From Sedimentisphaerales bacterium (lineage in GTDB: Bacteria > Planctomycetota > Phycisphaerae > Sedimentisphaerales > Anaerohalosphaeraceae): a stretch of DNA of 64,000 nt. Under the pieces are notes generated by a model. It had not been told where the DNA came from, did no database searches, and saw only the letters and a list, made by a program, of their open reading frames with translations. Both the position numbers and the translations under genes were made by a program. Below, piece by piece: positions 28,439-38,186 of the stretch (position 1 is the stretch's first letter; every line of letters begins with the position of its first letter). Location: positions 1,685 through 65,684 of the forward strand of contig JAFGGE010000002.1 of assembly GCA_016930745.1 (NCBI GenBank), given 5' to 3'.

Positions 28439-29305
28439 TTATTGGATGATCTTTAAAGCCCCTGGAAGGGCTTCAAACGTAAAAAGGGTTCCTTGCCGGT
28501 ATAATTCTCCTTCGGTCTGGAGCCATCGGGGCTGGGCGGTTTCCAGCACAAGCCTGGTTCCGTGTAAATACAGCCCTGTACGGTTGGGAACGACGAAAGA
28601 CTTGAGTAAAGCCCAGGCCAGATGCAGTTTTCCGACATTGCCCGTAAGAATATGCAACATGCCATCGTCCACCTGTGCCTGCGGGATCAGGTTTAATCCA
28701 AAACCGTAGGAGGGAATCTTGGATACGATTACCGACACCGCGCGGGGAATCTGTCGTACCTGCCCATCCAGTCGCAGGGTGATGTCCGTCCGTTGGTAAT
28801 ATCGTATGGATTGAGCGGTAGCGATAAAGTAGGGGACTGCCCCGCGGAAACCTCTGGCCAGAAGGCGATCCCGCCGGCACAGGATATCCGCCTCGATTCC
28901 GACCGCGGTCAGCACGCCAAGCCGGCTGCCGTCGCAGCAAACCAGATCCATCGTTCGAACCTGTCCTTCCTGAATTTGCCGGATGGCCCGGAGAGGTTTT
29001 TTCGACAGACCCAGGGTCCGGGCAAGGGCATTGGCCGAACCGATCGGCAGGAGGGCATAGGTGGGATCGGTCCCCAGGGCATTGAGGATCTGGGAAAATG
29101 TGCCGTCCCCCCCGGCCAGGATGAGAATGGAGGCCTGGCCGGCCAGGTCCCTCGCCGCCTCGACAAGCTGGTGTTTGGTTTGTGTATCCAGACCTGTTAT
29201 CCGACAGTCGTGCCCCAGAATACTTTTGAGTTTTTCGACGAGGGCCCCTTTGGCCTTCCGGGTCAAAGGACCCGAGGCCGGATTGATCACCATTCCATAT
29301 TTCAT
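28439..29305 (-). CDS. diacylglycerol kinase catalytic-domain lipid kinase (YegS/BmrU family)
   Basis: MKYGMVINPASG...ILILAGGDGTFSQILNAL is the DAGK_cat signature. Length is 288 aa. Confidence 0.85.
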   Translation of the reverse strand: MKYGMVINPASGPLTRKAKGALVEKLKSILGHDCRITGLDTQTKHQLVEAARDLAGQASILILAGGDGTFSQILNALGTDPTYALLPIGSANALARTLGLSKKPLRAIRQIQEGQVRTMDLVCCDGSRLGVLTAVGIEADILCRRDRLLARGFRGAVPYFIATAQSIRYYQRTDITLRLDGQVRQIPRAVSVIVSKIPSYGFGLNLIPQAQVDDGMLHILTGNVGKLHLAWALLKSFVVPNRTGLYLHGTRLVLETAQPRWLQTEGELYRQGTLFTFEALPGALKIIQ

Positions 29306-29464
29306 CGCTGGCTTATCCTTTTCCTGTCGAATCGGTTTTGGAATAGTATACCACTTTGTGGAAACAGGCCCAATGCGTGGAAAGACAAAAAAAAAGAGTT
29401 TGCGTCGAAGAAGAACAAAGCTATACTGTCGGCCGCACGAACGTTAAGTTACAGGAAGGTAGCC

Positions 29465-30433
29465 ATGGCAGGAAGGATTCCGAGAGTCGTCGTGCTGGGA
29501 CCGATTTATGTGGATATGGCCGTTCGGTGCCGCAGATTTCCCGAACCGGGACAGACCGTGGAAGGATCGGGATTCTCCTGTGTCGCCACGGGCTCAGGCC
29601 CCCATATTGCGGTGCAGGCCGCCGTGTGCGGATGTGAGGTGCATCTGCTCGGCAAGGTGGGGGATGATGTGTTCGGGGCTCTGGCCTGTGAAAGCCTGGA
29701 CCGTTATCGAGTCAACACCAACTTCATCTATAAAGCGCCGGCCATCAGTACGGGAATAATCGTCACGATGGTGGATTCGCAGGGAGAAAACAGCAGTTGC
29801 ATCTCCCAGGGCGCCAATCGGGCTTTATGCCACGATGAAGTGGATTGTGCTCTGGTGGAACAGTTGATCAATTCGGCCGACGTCTGCATTGTCAGCGCCA
29901 AGGTGGGCCTCGAGGCGGCGGTGGCGGCCATTCGTATCGCCCAGCTCAATCGAACCAAAGTCATCTTGCAGGCCGATGTTCATGTGGAGGAAAACGGGCG
30001 ATTGGTCGCCCAGGACTGGCCGAAGGAATATCTCCTGGTGGATGTTCTGGTCCCGGAACTGACGTGGATGGTTCCCCGCACTGAATCCAGCGCCGGCACC
30101 GTCAGCGAGATGAAACATATCGGCACGGAACTGGTCGCCACAGGCTTTTCCTGCGTGATGCTTACCATGGGATCGCGGGGCGGTGTTGTGGTGGATCGCA
30201 CCGGTACGGTGCATGTGTCCGTCCCGGAATGTCAGCGTGTGGATCGCACGGCCTGCGAAGATGCGTTTGCCGGCGCTTTGGCCGCCGCGATCGGAGCCCA
30301 AGATGCCCCTGTCCGGGCGGCCCGGTTCGCTTGTGTGGCCGCCTCGCTGGTATGCAGTCGATTCGGCGGGCTGGATGCCCTGCCGAAAAAGGCCGAAATT
30401 ATCGAAATGCTGCAAACCATGCCGGATGAGTAG
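29465..30433 (+). CDS. PfkB-family carbohydrate kinase (ribokinase-like)
   Basis: Motifs are VVVLGPIYVDMAV...PGQTV, GSGPHIAVQAA, a C-terminal DRTACEDAFAGAL (the DTxGAGD-like anion hole) and LVCSRFGG. The 546-aa track ORF is trimmed to the ATG at 29465, because its 5' part is antisense to the lipid kinase gene. Confidence 0.8.
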   Translation: MAGRIPRVVVLGPIYVDMAVRCRRFPEPGQTVEGSGFSCVATGSGPHIAVQAAVCGCEVHLLGKVGDDVFGALACESLDRYRVNTNFIYKAPAISTGIIVTMVDSQGENSSCISQGANRALCHDEVDCALVEQLINSADVCIVSAKVGLEAAVAAIRIAQLNRTKVILQADVHVEENGRLVAQDWPKEYLLVDVLVPELTWMVPRTESSAGTVSEMKHIGTELVATGFSCVMLTMGSRGGVVVDRTGTVHVSVPECQRVDRTACEDAFAGALAAAIGAQDAPVRAARFACVAASLVCSRFGGLDALPKKAEIIEMLQTMPDE

Positions 30434-30457
30434 CTAGGAGTAGTACACGGACGAACC

Positions 30458-31624
30458 ATGGCCTTTCATCGAGAAAATCAGCGTGTAACTTCAAATGATC
30501 TTCTCCAGGCCATTGCCGGCGGGGAAGAAGTCAGGCTGGATCACTGTACAATTTCAGGAGAACTCGACCTGAACCGCCTTTTCGTTAAAGAGGAGGATTT
30601 TGATACGACTTCTTTGTCTGTTCGACTGGACGGCGTTCGTCGAACGATTACTATTTCTATGCCAATGGCCATGAATTCCTGCACGTTTGAGAACGATGTC
30701 TTTTTTGCGCCCCCGTGGGACAGGCCGGGTGAATTGTCTATTGTTTTTCAGCGGGAAGTTGTATTTAATTCTTCGCGATTCAGTGGTCAGGCTAGATTCA
30801 GCGGGGCGGTATTCAATCGAATAGGCAGCTTTGACGGCTGTACGTTTGATCGGGTGTCCTGTTTTCGGGGTACTCACTTTATAGGCAGGGGCATGTTCCG
30901 GACGGTGACATTCAATGGTTATGGACTGTTTAACGGAGCGGTTTTTGAACATGAGGCCTTTTTTAACAATACCTGTTTTAGCAAAGGAGGCAATTTTACC
31001 AGGGTGCATTTCAAGGGACGGACGGATTTTGCCGGCGTTTATTCCCACAGCAAAAGTGTGCCGATTTATGAATCCGTCCGCTTCCTGCGAAAGAGCTACG
31101 GCGACGATGAGTCGTTCTGGCGATTTATCAAGCAGGCCTCTCAGGAAGCCGGCTATTATCAGTTGGCCGGGGAAAGCTTTTATAATGAACGGTGTGCCGC
31201 TTTCTGGCGCTGCTTTCGCGGCCTGGGATACGATGAACTTCCTTTCTGGAAAAAGGCGTTCCGTTGGATATCGGGCATTCGATTGCTGCCGGAGTTTATC
31301 CTCGGGCGATTACTCTTCGGATACGGGGAAAGGCCGATTCGTGTACTGCTCGCCAGTCTGCTGGTCATTCTGATGTGCGGATTTTTATATGCCTCTCCCT
31401 ATGCCGCCGTATATGGCCGAGGGACACAAATGGTCGAAAGACTGTCCCTGATGGATGGAATGTATTTCAGCACGATTACCTTTACGACGCTCGGATTCGG
31501 CGACCTGTATCCGGAAGGTACAAGCCTTTTTACCCGTTCGATCGCGATGGGGGAAGCCATTACCGGAGTATGTCTGATGTCTCTGTTTGTGGTTTGCCTA
31601 TCCAAACGTTATTCGCGGGGATAG
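30458..31624 (+). CDS. pentapeptide-repeat domain fused to a 2-TM potassium channel pore
   Basis: About 20 consecutive pentapeptide repeats have Phe/Leu at every fifth residue (SRFSGQARFSGAVFNRIGSFDGCTFDRVSCFRGTHF...). These are followed by TM1, a pore helix with a canonical selectivity filter (FSTITFTTLGFGDLYP) and TM2. Confidence 0.8.
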   Translation: MAFHRENQRVTSNDLLQAIAGGEEVRLDHCTISGELDLNRLFVKEEDFDTTSLSVRLDGVRRTITISMPMAMNSCTFENDVFFAPPWDRPGELSIVFQREVVFNSSRFSGQARFSGAVFNRIGSFDGCTFDRVSCFRGTHFIGRGMFRTVTFNGYGLFNGAVFEHEAFFNNTCFSKGGNFTRVHFKGRTDFAGVYSHSKSVPIYESVRFLRKSYGDDESFWRFIKQASQEAGYYQLAGESFYNERCAAFWRCFRGLGYDELPFWKKAFRWISGIRLLPEFILGRLLFGYGERPIRVLLASLLVILMCGFLYASPYAAVYGRGTQMVERLSLMDGMYFSTITFTTLGFGDLYPEGTSLFTRSIAMGEAITGVCLMSLFVVCLSKRYSRG

Positions 31625-31691
31625 ACAATCGAGTTATTTCAAGTCTCGTTATGCCCCTCTTGTGCTGTGTGAAGAGTTGCATACTTCCTGG

Positions 31692-31719
31692 TTGAATTTT
31701 TGTATCATTTTTATACAAT
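31692..31719 (+). promoter_or_regulatory. candidate sigma70-type promoter (TTGAAT-N16-TACAAT)
   Basis: The hexamers lie at 31692-31697 and 31714-31719, about 35 nt upstream of the ATG at 31756, in an A/T-rich gap. Confidence 0.35.
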
Positions 31720-31755
31720 GTAAGTCTATTCCATGGATGATATGGAGACAATGGG

Positions 31756-33900
31756 ATGCGGCGAAATTATTTTCTGGCGTTTCTGATATGGATCAGTTGT
31801 AATCCTGCCTTGTCCCAATCCGAAAAAAGTCAAGTGGTCCGGGCCAAAACCCTGTTTCAAACCAATTGTGGATACGATCCGCGAATTGCTCTGGCCGTCG
31901 ATGCGGTCATCGTGCACCAGCACGGCAACGATCCGACGCGTCTGATTCGGTCGTGGCAGGGTCAGGGATTTTCCGTCGGACGGATGTTCTTTGCCGATTC
32001 GGATGCGGGCAATATCTATTGGACAGGAAAGTGGGATGGTAAGGAGCATCCCGGCGATATGGAGCGGCGTCAGGATGGCCAGGTGGTCCAATGCGCCAAC
32101 GTCCGGCCGTATATGCTGCCCACCGAAGGCTGGATACGCTACCTGGAAGAAATGACCGTCCGTTCGCTCGATGCCGGCGCGACGGCGATCCTGCCGGAAG
32201 AGCCGCTGGCCCATGTCTTTACCGGATATGAAGAAAGTTTTAAGGACCTCTGGCGGCAGAGATATGATCTCCCCTGGCGCGGGCAGCATGAGGACGCTGA
32301 GGCCCGCTGGTTGACGGCACAACTGAAAAATGAGCTATATATCACGCTGGAAAAACGACTGGCTGTCAAGACTCGGCAATATGCCCTGGAACATGATAAG
32401 AAACTCGGTTTTATTCTCCCGATCCACTCGATCTACAGTAACATTGCCGCCCAGCTTGTCGCGCCCCTGGGCACGTCGGTCAATCTGGAAGGCGTGGATG
32501 GCTATATCGGACAGATCTGGACCGGGCCGGTCAATTGGGCCCTGGCCCATTATGATGCGCCCGACAAAAGTTTTTTTACATCCGCTTATGCCCTCTACGA
32601 TTACTTCACGCAGCTTACCGTCGAGAGCGACAAGAAACTCTGGCTGCTGGTCGATCCGGTGGAGGACAATCCCGATCATACATGGGCGGAATTTACTGAA
32701 TGGTACAAACATTGCGTCGCGGCGATGCTCCTGATGGAAGATGTGGATTCCTATGAAATCATGCCCTGGCCGGACCGGATTTTTCTGCCGGGCTACCAGA
32801 CCGGCGGCAGCACCCCGGCCCCCGAAGACTATCGCACCATGATTTTATCCGTTACACAGGCCCTTCAGGAGGTTCCCATGGGCGGCTCCAGTGACAGTGG
32901 TTTGATGTCTTTGCGCGGTATCGAGGGAATCGGGATTGCCGTGTCCGATACCTTTATGTGGCAACGGCACGATGGACCCTGGCTGCAGGGCATGTACGGT
33001 ATGCTGCTGCCCCTCATCGGGCAGGGGATCCCCGTCTCCTCCTGCATCCTGGAACGGTCGGCGGACCGGCGCTATATGTCCCGCTTCAAGGTCATTGTCC
33101 TGTCTTATAAGGACTTCAAACCGTTGGATGCTGCCTGGAATGAAGCTATTGCTGAGTGGATCAAACGTGGCGGCAAGCTCGTTCTCTTGCAGTCGGAGCC
33201 GGACGAACTGGACCGATGCGCAAATATGTGGTGGAAAAAGGCCGGAATTGCCTCTGCGCAGGAACACCTGCTGTCTCTTATTTCATCGCCACAGGGGCAA
33301 AAGGAGGATTGGGAACTGGGAAAAGGCCAGGTAACACGATGGGACATATCCCCCAGAGATATTGCGCTTTCCGAGGAGATTCGAAAGAAATATATGACCT
33401 TGCTGGGACATGCGATGGAGTCCGATGATGAGATCTCCGGCCCTCTATACGGTCCGGGCTGTTTTGCGCTTCTGTGCGGGCCGTTTCTGGTTGCTCATGC
33501 CGAATCCCGATCCTACGCCAAAGACGGTTTGTGGATCGATCTATTTGATCCTTCTCTGAAGGTCATTCACAAGATCGGATTGAAACCCGGCCAGAGCGGC
33601 CTGTATAAGGACATCGCGGCCCTGGTCCATGGTAAAGAGCCCGTTGTTCTCCATACAACGCATCGCTTAATGGAGCAGGAATTTGCTAATGGAAGATTGC
33701 GGTTCCTGATTCGCGGCCCGGCTGAGACCCCCGCCGTGGTACGGGTATTCTTTCCGGGGAAAGAGCCACCCAAAATCTCCACCCGAAGCGCCGATGGAAA
33801 CGGCGTGGATGTGGACATTACATCCGATTCGGACAGTAATACGTTTCTCCTGAAATTTCCGAATCATACTCAGGGTGTGACAGTGGAAATCCATCATTAA
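31756..33900 (+). CDS. secreted protein of unknown function (possible glycoside hydrolase)
   Basis: 714 aa with a signal peptide (MRRNYFLAFLIWISCNPALSQ). There is a weak resemblance to a GH42-type layout: a barrel plus a GATase1-like segment (KVIVLSYKDFKPLDAAWNEAIAEWIKRGGKLVLL). No diagnostic catalytic motif was recognised. Confidence 0.5.
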   Translation: MRRNYFLAFLIWISCNPALSQSEKSQVVRAKTLFQTNCGYDPRIALAVDAVIVHQHGNDPTRLIRSWQGQGFSVGRMFFADSDAGNIYWTGKWDGKEHPGDMERRQDGQVVQCANVRPYMLPTEGWIRYLEEMTVRSLDAGATAILPEEPLAHVFTGYEESFKDLWRQRYDLPWRGQHEDAEARWLTAQLKNELYITLEKRLAVKTRQYALEHDKKLGFILPIHSIYSNIAAQLVAPLGTSVNLEGVDGYIGQIWTGPVNWALAHYDAPDKSFFTSAYALYDYFTQLTVESDKKLWLLVDPVEDNPDHTWAEFTEWYKHCVAAMLLMEDVDSYEIMPWPDRIFLPGYQTGGSTPAPEDYRTMILSVTQALQEVPMGGSSDSGLMSLRGIEGIGIAVSDTFMWQRHDGPWLQGMYGMLLPLIGQGIPVSSCILERSADRRYMSRFKVIVLSYKDFKPLDAAWNEAIAEWIKRGGKLVLLQSEPDELDRCANMWWKKAGIASAQEHLLSLISSPQGQKEDWELGKGQVTRWDISPRDIALSEEIRKKYMTLLGHAMESDDEISGPLYGPGCFALLCGPFLVAHAESRSYAKDGLWIDLFDPSLKVIHKIGLKPGQSGLYKDIAALVHGKEPVVLHTTHRLMEQEFANGRLRFLIRGPAETPAVVRVFFPGKEPPKISTRSADGNGVDVDITSDSDSNTFLLKFPNHTQGVTVEIHH

Positions 33901-33935
33901 AAAACAGTTACGGCTTCCTGCATTCGGAGATAGGA

Positions 33936-35543
33936 ATGAAACTCTGCATAGGCATTCTGATCATGATGGGGGTTGTCGTTGTTCAGGCCGAAACCGAGGA
34001 AGTGTTGTTTCAGCAGGCGACAGTCAATGGCAAACTGGCTAATGAAGGATTTCGGCGTTGTGAGCATTTTGTGGATGGCTGGCTAAAACAGGCCGATCCG
34101 GAGACAGGTTTAATCCCGCGAAACCTGACTTCCTCCAGGGACATATGGAATGCCCAGGATGCCGCCGCCGACAATTATCCCTTCATGGTTTTGACCAGTG
34201 CCATTTGCAACCGGGACCGGCTCCATGGTCGAATGCTTGATATGCTCCATACGGAGACGAAATTGACAAGCCGCCTCGATTCTCTGCCCGATACCTATTC
34301 CTTTTCAAAGAAAGGTTTTTCTGCCGATTCTCTCAATCTCGATTCGATCCTGTTCGGATCATCGGAATACATTAAAGATGGCCTGCTTCCGCTGACCGAA
34401 TGGCTGGGTCAAAGCCCCTGGTCGCAGCGTATGATTTCCATCCTGGACGACATGTGGAAACATGCGCCGGTCGATACGCCGTATGGCAGAATTGTCTCGA
34501 CGAATGTGGAAGTCAACGGCGAGATGCTCCAGGTCCTCAGCCGCATTTATTGGATGACCGGCGATCCGAAGTATCTGGACTGGGCCGTCCGCCTGGGGGA
34601 TTATTACCTCCTGACCGACAACCATCCAACCAGCGCCGGGTCGTCAAACAGCGGTCCCAGGCGGCTGCGCCTCCGGGATCATGGCTGTGAAATCGTATCC
34701 GGCTTATGCGAGTTGTACGCAGCGGTCCACTTTGCCCGGCCCCAGAAGAAACAGCGGTACCAAAAACCGATTCATGACATGCTGGATCGCATCCTCGAAA
34801 TCGGGCGAAACGAACATGGCATGTTCTACAACTGGATCGATCCGGGGACGGGACAGCATGATTCCGGCATCGCCGATACATGGGGATATACCTACAACGG
34901 GTATTATACGGTCTACCTGATCGACGAAACACAGGCCTATCGCGAGGCGACTCGCAAAGCTCTGCACGGTATTTCCAATTACTACAATTTTGCGTGGGAA
35001 GGGGCAAGCAGCGACGGCCATGCCGACTCTATCGAGAGCGCCCTGAATCTGTATAATCGTGAGCCGATGCCAAAAACCGCCCAATGGATCGATGCCGATA
35101 TGCAGGTCATGTGGGCGATCCAGAAAGAAGATGGTATTATAGAAGGCTGGCATGGCGACGGCAACTTCGCCCGGACGACCATCATGTATTGCCTCTGGAA
35201 AACCCAGGGCATAACAATCCGGCCATGGAGAGAGGATATAATTTTCGGAGCGGTCCAATTCGATGGCCGCCTGTATCTCTCTTTAACCGCCCGGAAAGAA
35301 TGGACGGGAAAGCTATTGTTCGACATGCCCCGTCATAAGACAATTTTGCATCTGCCCATCGACTGGCCTCGGATCAATCAGTTTCCGGAATGGTTTACAG
35401 TAGAGGATCCACTGAAATACAAGATCCGGGAGAATAACACAGATAGCTATAAAATAGCTTCCGGTCGGGAACTGGCAACCGGGTTGGACGTACAAATCGA
35501 GTCCGGAAAACAACGGTATTTCCAGGTGAATCTCATGCCTTAA
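33936..35543 (+). CDS. secreted protein of unknown function
   Basis: 535 aa with a signal peptide. It is aromatic-rich and helical-repeat-like (GDPKYLDWAVRLGDYYLL, DHGCEIVSGLCELYAAV), which hints at an (alpha/alpha) toroid. No family was assigned. Confidence 0.5.
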   Translation: MKLCIGILIMMGVVVVQAETEEVLFQQATVNGKLANEGFRRCEHFVDGWLKQADPETGLIPRNLTSSRDIWNAQDAAADNYPFMVLTSAICNRDRLHGRMLDMLHTETKLTSRLDSLPDTYSFSKKGFSADSLNLDSILFGSSEYIKDGLLPLTEWLGQSPWSQRMISILDDMWKHAPVDTPYGRIVSTNVEVNGEMLQVLSRIYWMTGDPKYLDWAVRLGDYYLLTDNHPTSAGSSNSGPRRLRLRDHGCEIVSGLCELYAAVHFARPQKKQRYQKPIHDMLDRILEIGRNEHGMFYNWIDPGTGQHDSGIADTWGYTYNGYYTVYLIDETQAYREATRKALHGISNYYNFAWEGASSDGHADSIESALNLYNREPMPKTAQWIDADMQVMWAIQKEDGIIEGWHGDGNFARTTIMYCLWKTQGITIRPWREDIIFGAVQFDGRLYLSLTARKEWTGKLLFDMPRHKTILHLPIDWPRINQFPEWFTVEDPLKYKIRENNTDSYKIASGRELATGLDVQIESGKQRYFQVNLMP

Positions 35544-35570
35544 ATGGATGAAGAGTAGGGAGGCAATGCT

Positions 35571-36557
35571 ATGCGCGCTATGGTGATCACAGAGTACGGA
35601 AAGCCGGAGGTGTTTCACGAGAAGGATATGCCGGCACCCGGACTTCAACCCGGCCATGTCCTGATCAAAATAGCGGCAAGCAGCGTCAATCCAATCGACG
35701 GAAAGATCAGACGCGGCGAGGTGCCCATCAATCCGCCGTTTCCGGCCATATTGGGGATGGATGTCGCGGGAGTGATCGAGCAGGTGGCCGACGATGTGGG
35801 AGAATTCAGGCCGGGCGACGAGGTCTACGGTTGTGCAGGGGGGGCAGGCTCGTACCAGGGCGCCTTGGCCGAGTATATGCTGGCCGATGCCCGTCTGCTC
35901 GCGCCCAAACCCAAGTCGCTGTCCTTTGCCGAGGCGGCCGTACTGCCCCTGGTAGGCATCACCGCATGGGAGGCGTTAATAGAGCATGCCCATATACAGC
36001 CCGGCTGGAAGGTGTTGATCCACGGCGGCACAGGCGGCGTAGGCCATATCGCCGTCCAGATCGCCAAAGCCAAAGGGGCAACGGTCTATGCCACCTGCGG
36101 CAGCCCGGAAAAAGCCGATTTTGTTCGTGGCCTCGGGGCCGATGGCGTGATCAATTACAGAACCGAGACGGTGGAGGATTATGTTAAACAATATACCGAT
36201 GGCGAAGGTTTTGATGTCGCCTTTGATACCCCGGGCGGCGAGGTCCTGTCCCAGGCGATCGCGGCGACTCGATATAATGGCCATGTCCTGGTTATTAACG
36301 GCAGGGTGACGATAGACCTGAAACCGGTTTATAGTCGCGGCCTGAGCCTCCATACAACGTTTATGTTGATCCCCTTGCTGTATAACAAAGACCGGCGCCG
36401 GCATGGAGCCATTTTACGCCAAATCGCCCGCTGGGTGGATGAAGGTCAGATCCGTCCCCTGATCGATCCCCGGCGATTTTCTATCACAGAAATCGCTGAA
36501 GCACATAAACTCCTGGAATCCCACTCGGCAACCGGGAAAATCTCCGTCAGTTGGTAA
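35571..36557 (+). CDS. zinc-type alcohol dehydrogenase / NADPH:quinone oxidoreductase (MDR superfamily)
   Basis: Motifs are MRAMVITEYGKPEVF...VLIKIAASSVNPIDGKIRRG and a GGTGGVGHIAVQIAKAKGA nucleotide-binding loop. Confidence 0.85.
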   Translation: MRAMVITEYGKPEVFHEKDMPAPGLQPGHVLIKIAASSVNPIDGKIRRGEVPINPPFPAILGMDVAGVIEQVADDVGEFRPGDEVYGCAGGAGSYQGALAEYMLADARLLAPKPKSLSFAEAAVLPLVGITAWEALIEHAHIQPGWKVLIHGGTGGVGHIAVQIAKAKGATVYATCGSPEKADFVRGLGADGVINYRTETVEDYVKQYTDGEGFDVAFDTPGGEVLSQAIAATRYNGHVLVINGRVTIDLKPVYSRGLSLHTTFMLIPLLYNKDRRRHGAILRQIARWVDEGQIRPLIDPRRFSITEIAEAHKLLESHSATGKISVSW

Positions 36558-36578
36558 ATAAAGATTGGGAGTAACACA

Positions 36579-38156
36579 ATGCTTGATCAAAGAAGATTTG
36601 GCGTTTTATGGGTAGTATTCGGCGGTCTGATGATACTATCAAACACGGTGATAGGCATTCCGGTGGCGGTCCCCCAACTGGGCATGAATCTGGCAGGGCC
36701 GGCCGACTGGAATACGGAGCTGCCCTTTGTGGACGTGTTCCGGATGAGCCGCCCCTGGATCAGTCAGCAGAAGGACAAATCCTGGGGACAGGGGCCTGCA
36801 CTGAGCCTGGATGAGCATGGCTGGGTCAGGCGGCTGGAGCCGGATTGCTGGGCGGAAACACTCATGTGCACCATTGAAGGGGGGCATTATCCCTCCGGCC
36901 GATATTCCATCCTGTATGACGGCAAAGGCAAGCTCGGAGTCTGGAACGCCGGCACAATCGTCTCTCAGGAGGCCGGGCGAATGATCGTGGGGGTCGATTC
37001 GTCCAAAGGAGCCCTCTTTCTGCGATTGCTGGAAACCGATCCGGGCGACTATGTCCGAAACATCCGCGTAGTTATGCCCGGCTTCGAAAAGACGCATAAT
37101 GACAATCCCTGGCATCCGGTTTTTCTCAACCGATGGAAGGGTATGGCCTGCCTGCGCTTTATGGATTTTATGGAGACCAACAACAGCAAAATGGCCCTCT
37201 GGTCCCAGCGCCCGACATTGCAGGATGCGACCTTCAGCGAAAAAGGGATCGCACTGGAACTGATGATTGATCTGTCCAACCGTCTCGGGGCCGATCCGTG
37301 GTTCTGTATGCCGCATCTGGCAGACGATGAATATATCAAGAACTTTGCTGAAATGGTAAAGGCAAAACTCGATCCGTCACGCAAGATCTATATCGAGTAC
37401 TCTAATGAAGTATGGAACGGCATGTTCCAGCAGAGTCAATATGCCGGACAGGAGGGAATCAAGCAGAGCTTTGCGGAAAAACCATGGGAGGCAGGTTGGA
37501 GATATACCGCCTATCGTTCCGTACAGATGTTCCGGATCTGGGAGCAGATCTTCGGCGGTACTGACCGTCTGGTGCGTATCCTCCCTTCCCAGGCGGCCAA
37601 TCCCTATGTTTCCGAGCGGATCGTCGAATGGCAGGATGCGTACAAGCATGCCGATGCCCTGGCGATCGCCCCCTACATCAGCATGAATCTGAGCCCCGGC
37701 GGCAAGCCCGATGCCAAACAGGTGGCCGGTTGGGCTGTCGAACAGGTATTGGACTATCTGGAGAATACAGCCCTGCCCGAATCTATTGAGTGGATCCGAG
37801 GCAACAAAAAGATTGCCGATAAATACGGACTCAAACTCATGACCTATGAAGGCGGCCAGCATATGGTCGGTGTCGGCGGCGGGGAAAATATCGAACAGCT
37901 CACCGAACTTCTGCATAAGGCCAATGCCCATCCGGGCATGGCGGATATTTACGCGAAGTATTTCACAGCATGGGAAGAAGCAGGCGGTGACCTGTTCTGT
38001 TATTTTTCATCCGTCGGCCAATGGAGCAAATGGGGCAGTTGGGGCCTGCTGCAGTATTCTGATGAAGATCCAAAGCTATCGCCCAAGTTCATGGCGACCA
38101 TGCAATGGGCCAGAAAATGCGGCCAAGCTGTTAATATGCCCGAAATGCAGAAATAG
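36579..38156 (+). CDS. secreted putative clan GH-A (TIM-barrel) glycoside hydrolase, family unassigned
   Basis: It has a signal/anchor peptide. The motif KIYIEYSNEVWN is like the acid/base NE(P) strand of clan GH-A enzymes. A later YEGGQH segment might mark the nucleophile strand. Confidence 0.45.
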   Translation: MLDQRRFGVLWVVFGGLMILSNTVIGIPVAVPQLGMNLAGPADWNTELPFVDVFRMSRPWISQQKDKSWGQGPALSLDEHGWVRRLEPDCWAETLMCTIEGGHYPSGRYSILYDGKGKLGVWNAGTIVSQEAGRMIVGVDSSKGALFLRLLETDPGDYVRNIRVVMPGFEKTHNDNPWHPVFLNRWKGMACLRFMDFMETNNSKMALWSQRPTLQDATFSEKGIALELMIDLSNRLGADPWFCMPHLADDEYIKNFAEMVKAKLDPSRKIYIEYSNEVWNGMFQQSQYAGQEGIKQSFAEKPWEAGWRYTAYRSVQMFRIWEQIFGGTDRLVRILPSQAANPYVSERIVEWQDAYKHADALAIAPYISMNLSPGGKPDAKQVAGWAVEQVLDYLENTALPESIEWIRGNKKIADKYGLKLMTYEGGQHMVGVGGGENIEQLTELLHKANAHPGMADIYAKYFTAWEEAGGDLFCYFSSVGQWSKWGSWGLLQYSDEDPKLSPKFMATMQWARKCGQAVNMPEMQK

Positions 38157-38186
38157 AAAAGTTATGTTTTGCTAAAGGGGAAACGA

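Noticed and set aside
28793-29464. 5' two-fifths of the 546-aa plus-strand ORF that ends as the PfkB kinase.
   Set aside because: This part is antisense to the well-supported lipid kinase gene and has no kinase motifs. The PfkB homology begins at MAGRIPRVVVLG (ATG at 29465).
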